Of a DNA stretch of 64,000 bases, positions 63,784 to 64,000 are shown piece by piece. Location of the stretch: the sequence record OZ035760.1; one strand, 5' to 3'. The stretch comes from Tequatrovirus NIC06P2. The translations under genes were made by a program, and so were the position numbers. The notes beneath the pieces were generated by a model that saw only the letters and a list, made by a program, of their open reading frames with translations, had not been told where the DNA came from and did no database searches. The first letter of the stretch is position 1, and the number at the start of each line of letters is the position of its first letter.

Positions 63784-64000
63784 TCGAAATAATCTTCAAT
63801 TTCATAATCATGGACATAAATCATTATAGTTTTTAATACATCATCAATACTTTTTCCTGGAGCTGGAATTACGTAAAAATATCCTGCTTTTGAGAGGTCT
63901 TTATAAGTTCCAATCAAGAAATCATTATTCTCAAGATGTAGTTCTTCAACTAATTCATTAACAATTGAGTGGTATAAATTTGGTAGAAACTTATATAGCT
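63780..64000 (-). CDS. Partial ORF, 3' end only; possibly arn (anti-restriction) by synteny
   Basis: Open minus-strand frame from window edge ending ...DYEIEDYFE; N-terminus outside window. Confidence 0.4.
   Translation of the reverse strand, partial: LYKFLPNLYHSIVNELVEELHLENNDFLIGTYKDLSKAGYFYVIPAPGKSIDDVLKTIMIYVHDYEIEDYFE

Overview
This window is a contiguous block of a T4-like (T-even, Tevenvirinae) coliphage genome. Most ORFs translate to proteins I recognise as near-identical to T4 products; all identifications are from reading the six-frame translations and the DNA, with no database search run. Layout: plus strand genes 16, 17, 18, 19, 20, 67, 68, 21, 22, 23, 24 (packaging, tail sheath and tube, portal, prohead core, protease, scaffold, capsid); minus strand rnlB, 24.2, 24.3, hoc, inh; plus strand uvsW, an HNH homing-endonuclease gene, uvsW.1; minus strand uvsY.-2, uvsY.-1, uvsY, 25, 26; plus strand baseplate and tail genes 51, 27, 28, 29, 48, 54; then a long minus-strand early/middle block (alt, DNA ligase 30, the 30.1 to 30.9 ORFs, rIII, 31, cd, pseT, a spanin pair, alc, rnlA, denA, nrdB split by a group I intron carrying an intact I-TevIII, nrdA, td, frd, 32, 59, 33, dsbA, rnh); plus strand long tail fibre genes 34, 35, 36, 37, adhesin 38 and holin t; minus strand asiA and a partial ORF at the edge. 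No rRNA, tRNA or CRISPR array was seen. The window is not T4 itself. It carries an HNH endonuclease gene between uvsW and uvsW.1, a roughly 1.09-kb nrdB intron with a full-length I-TevIII, an intronless td, an extra ORF between frd and td, and a T2-type gp37/gp38 pair (gp37 with a C-terminal self-cleaving chaperone domain, gp38 a glycine-rich adhesin). It lacks the free-standing endonuclease genes that T4 has at the 23/24, inh/uvsW, nrdA/nrdB and 32/59 junctions. Regulatory signals include many consensus late promoters (TATAAATA), GTTTAC-type early promoters, one MotA-box middle promoter, UUCG/GNRA-tetraloop hairpins and the gene 32 pseudoknot operator. I found no clearly unprecedented multi-gene system; the most interesting loci are the mobile-element differences and a few uncharacterised ORFs.
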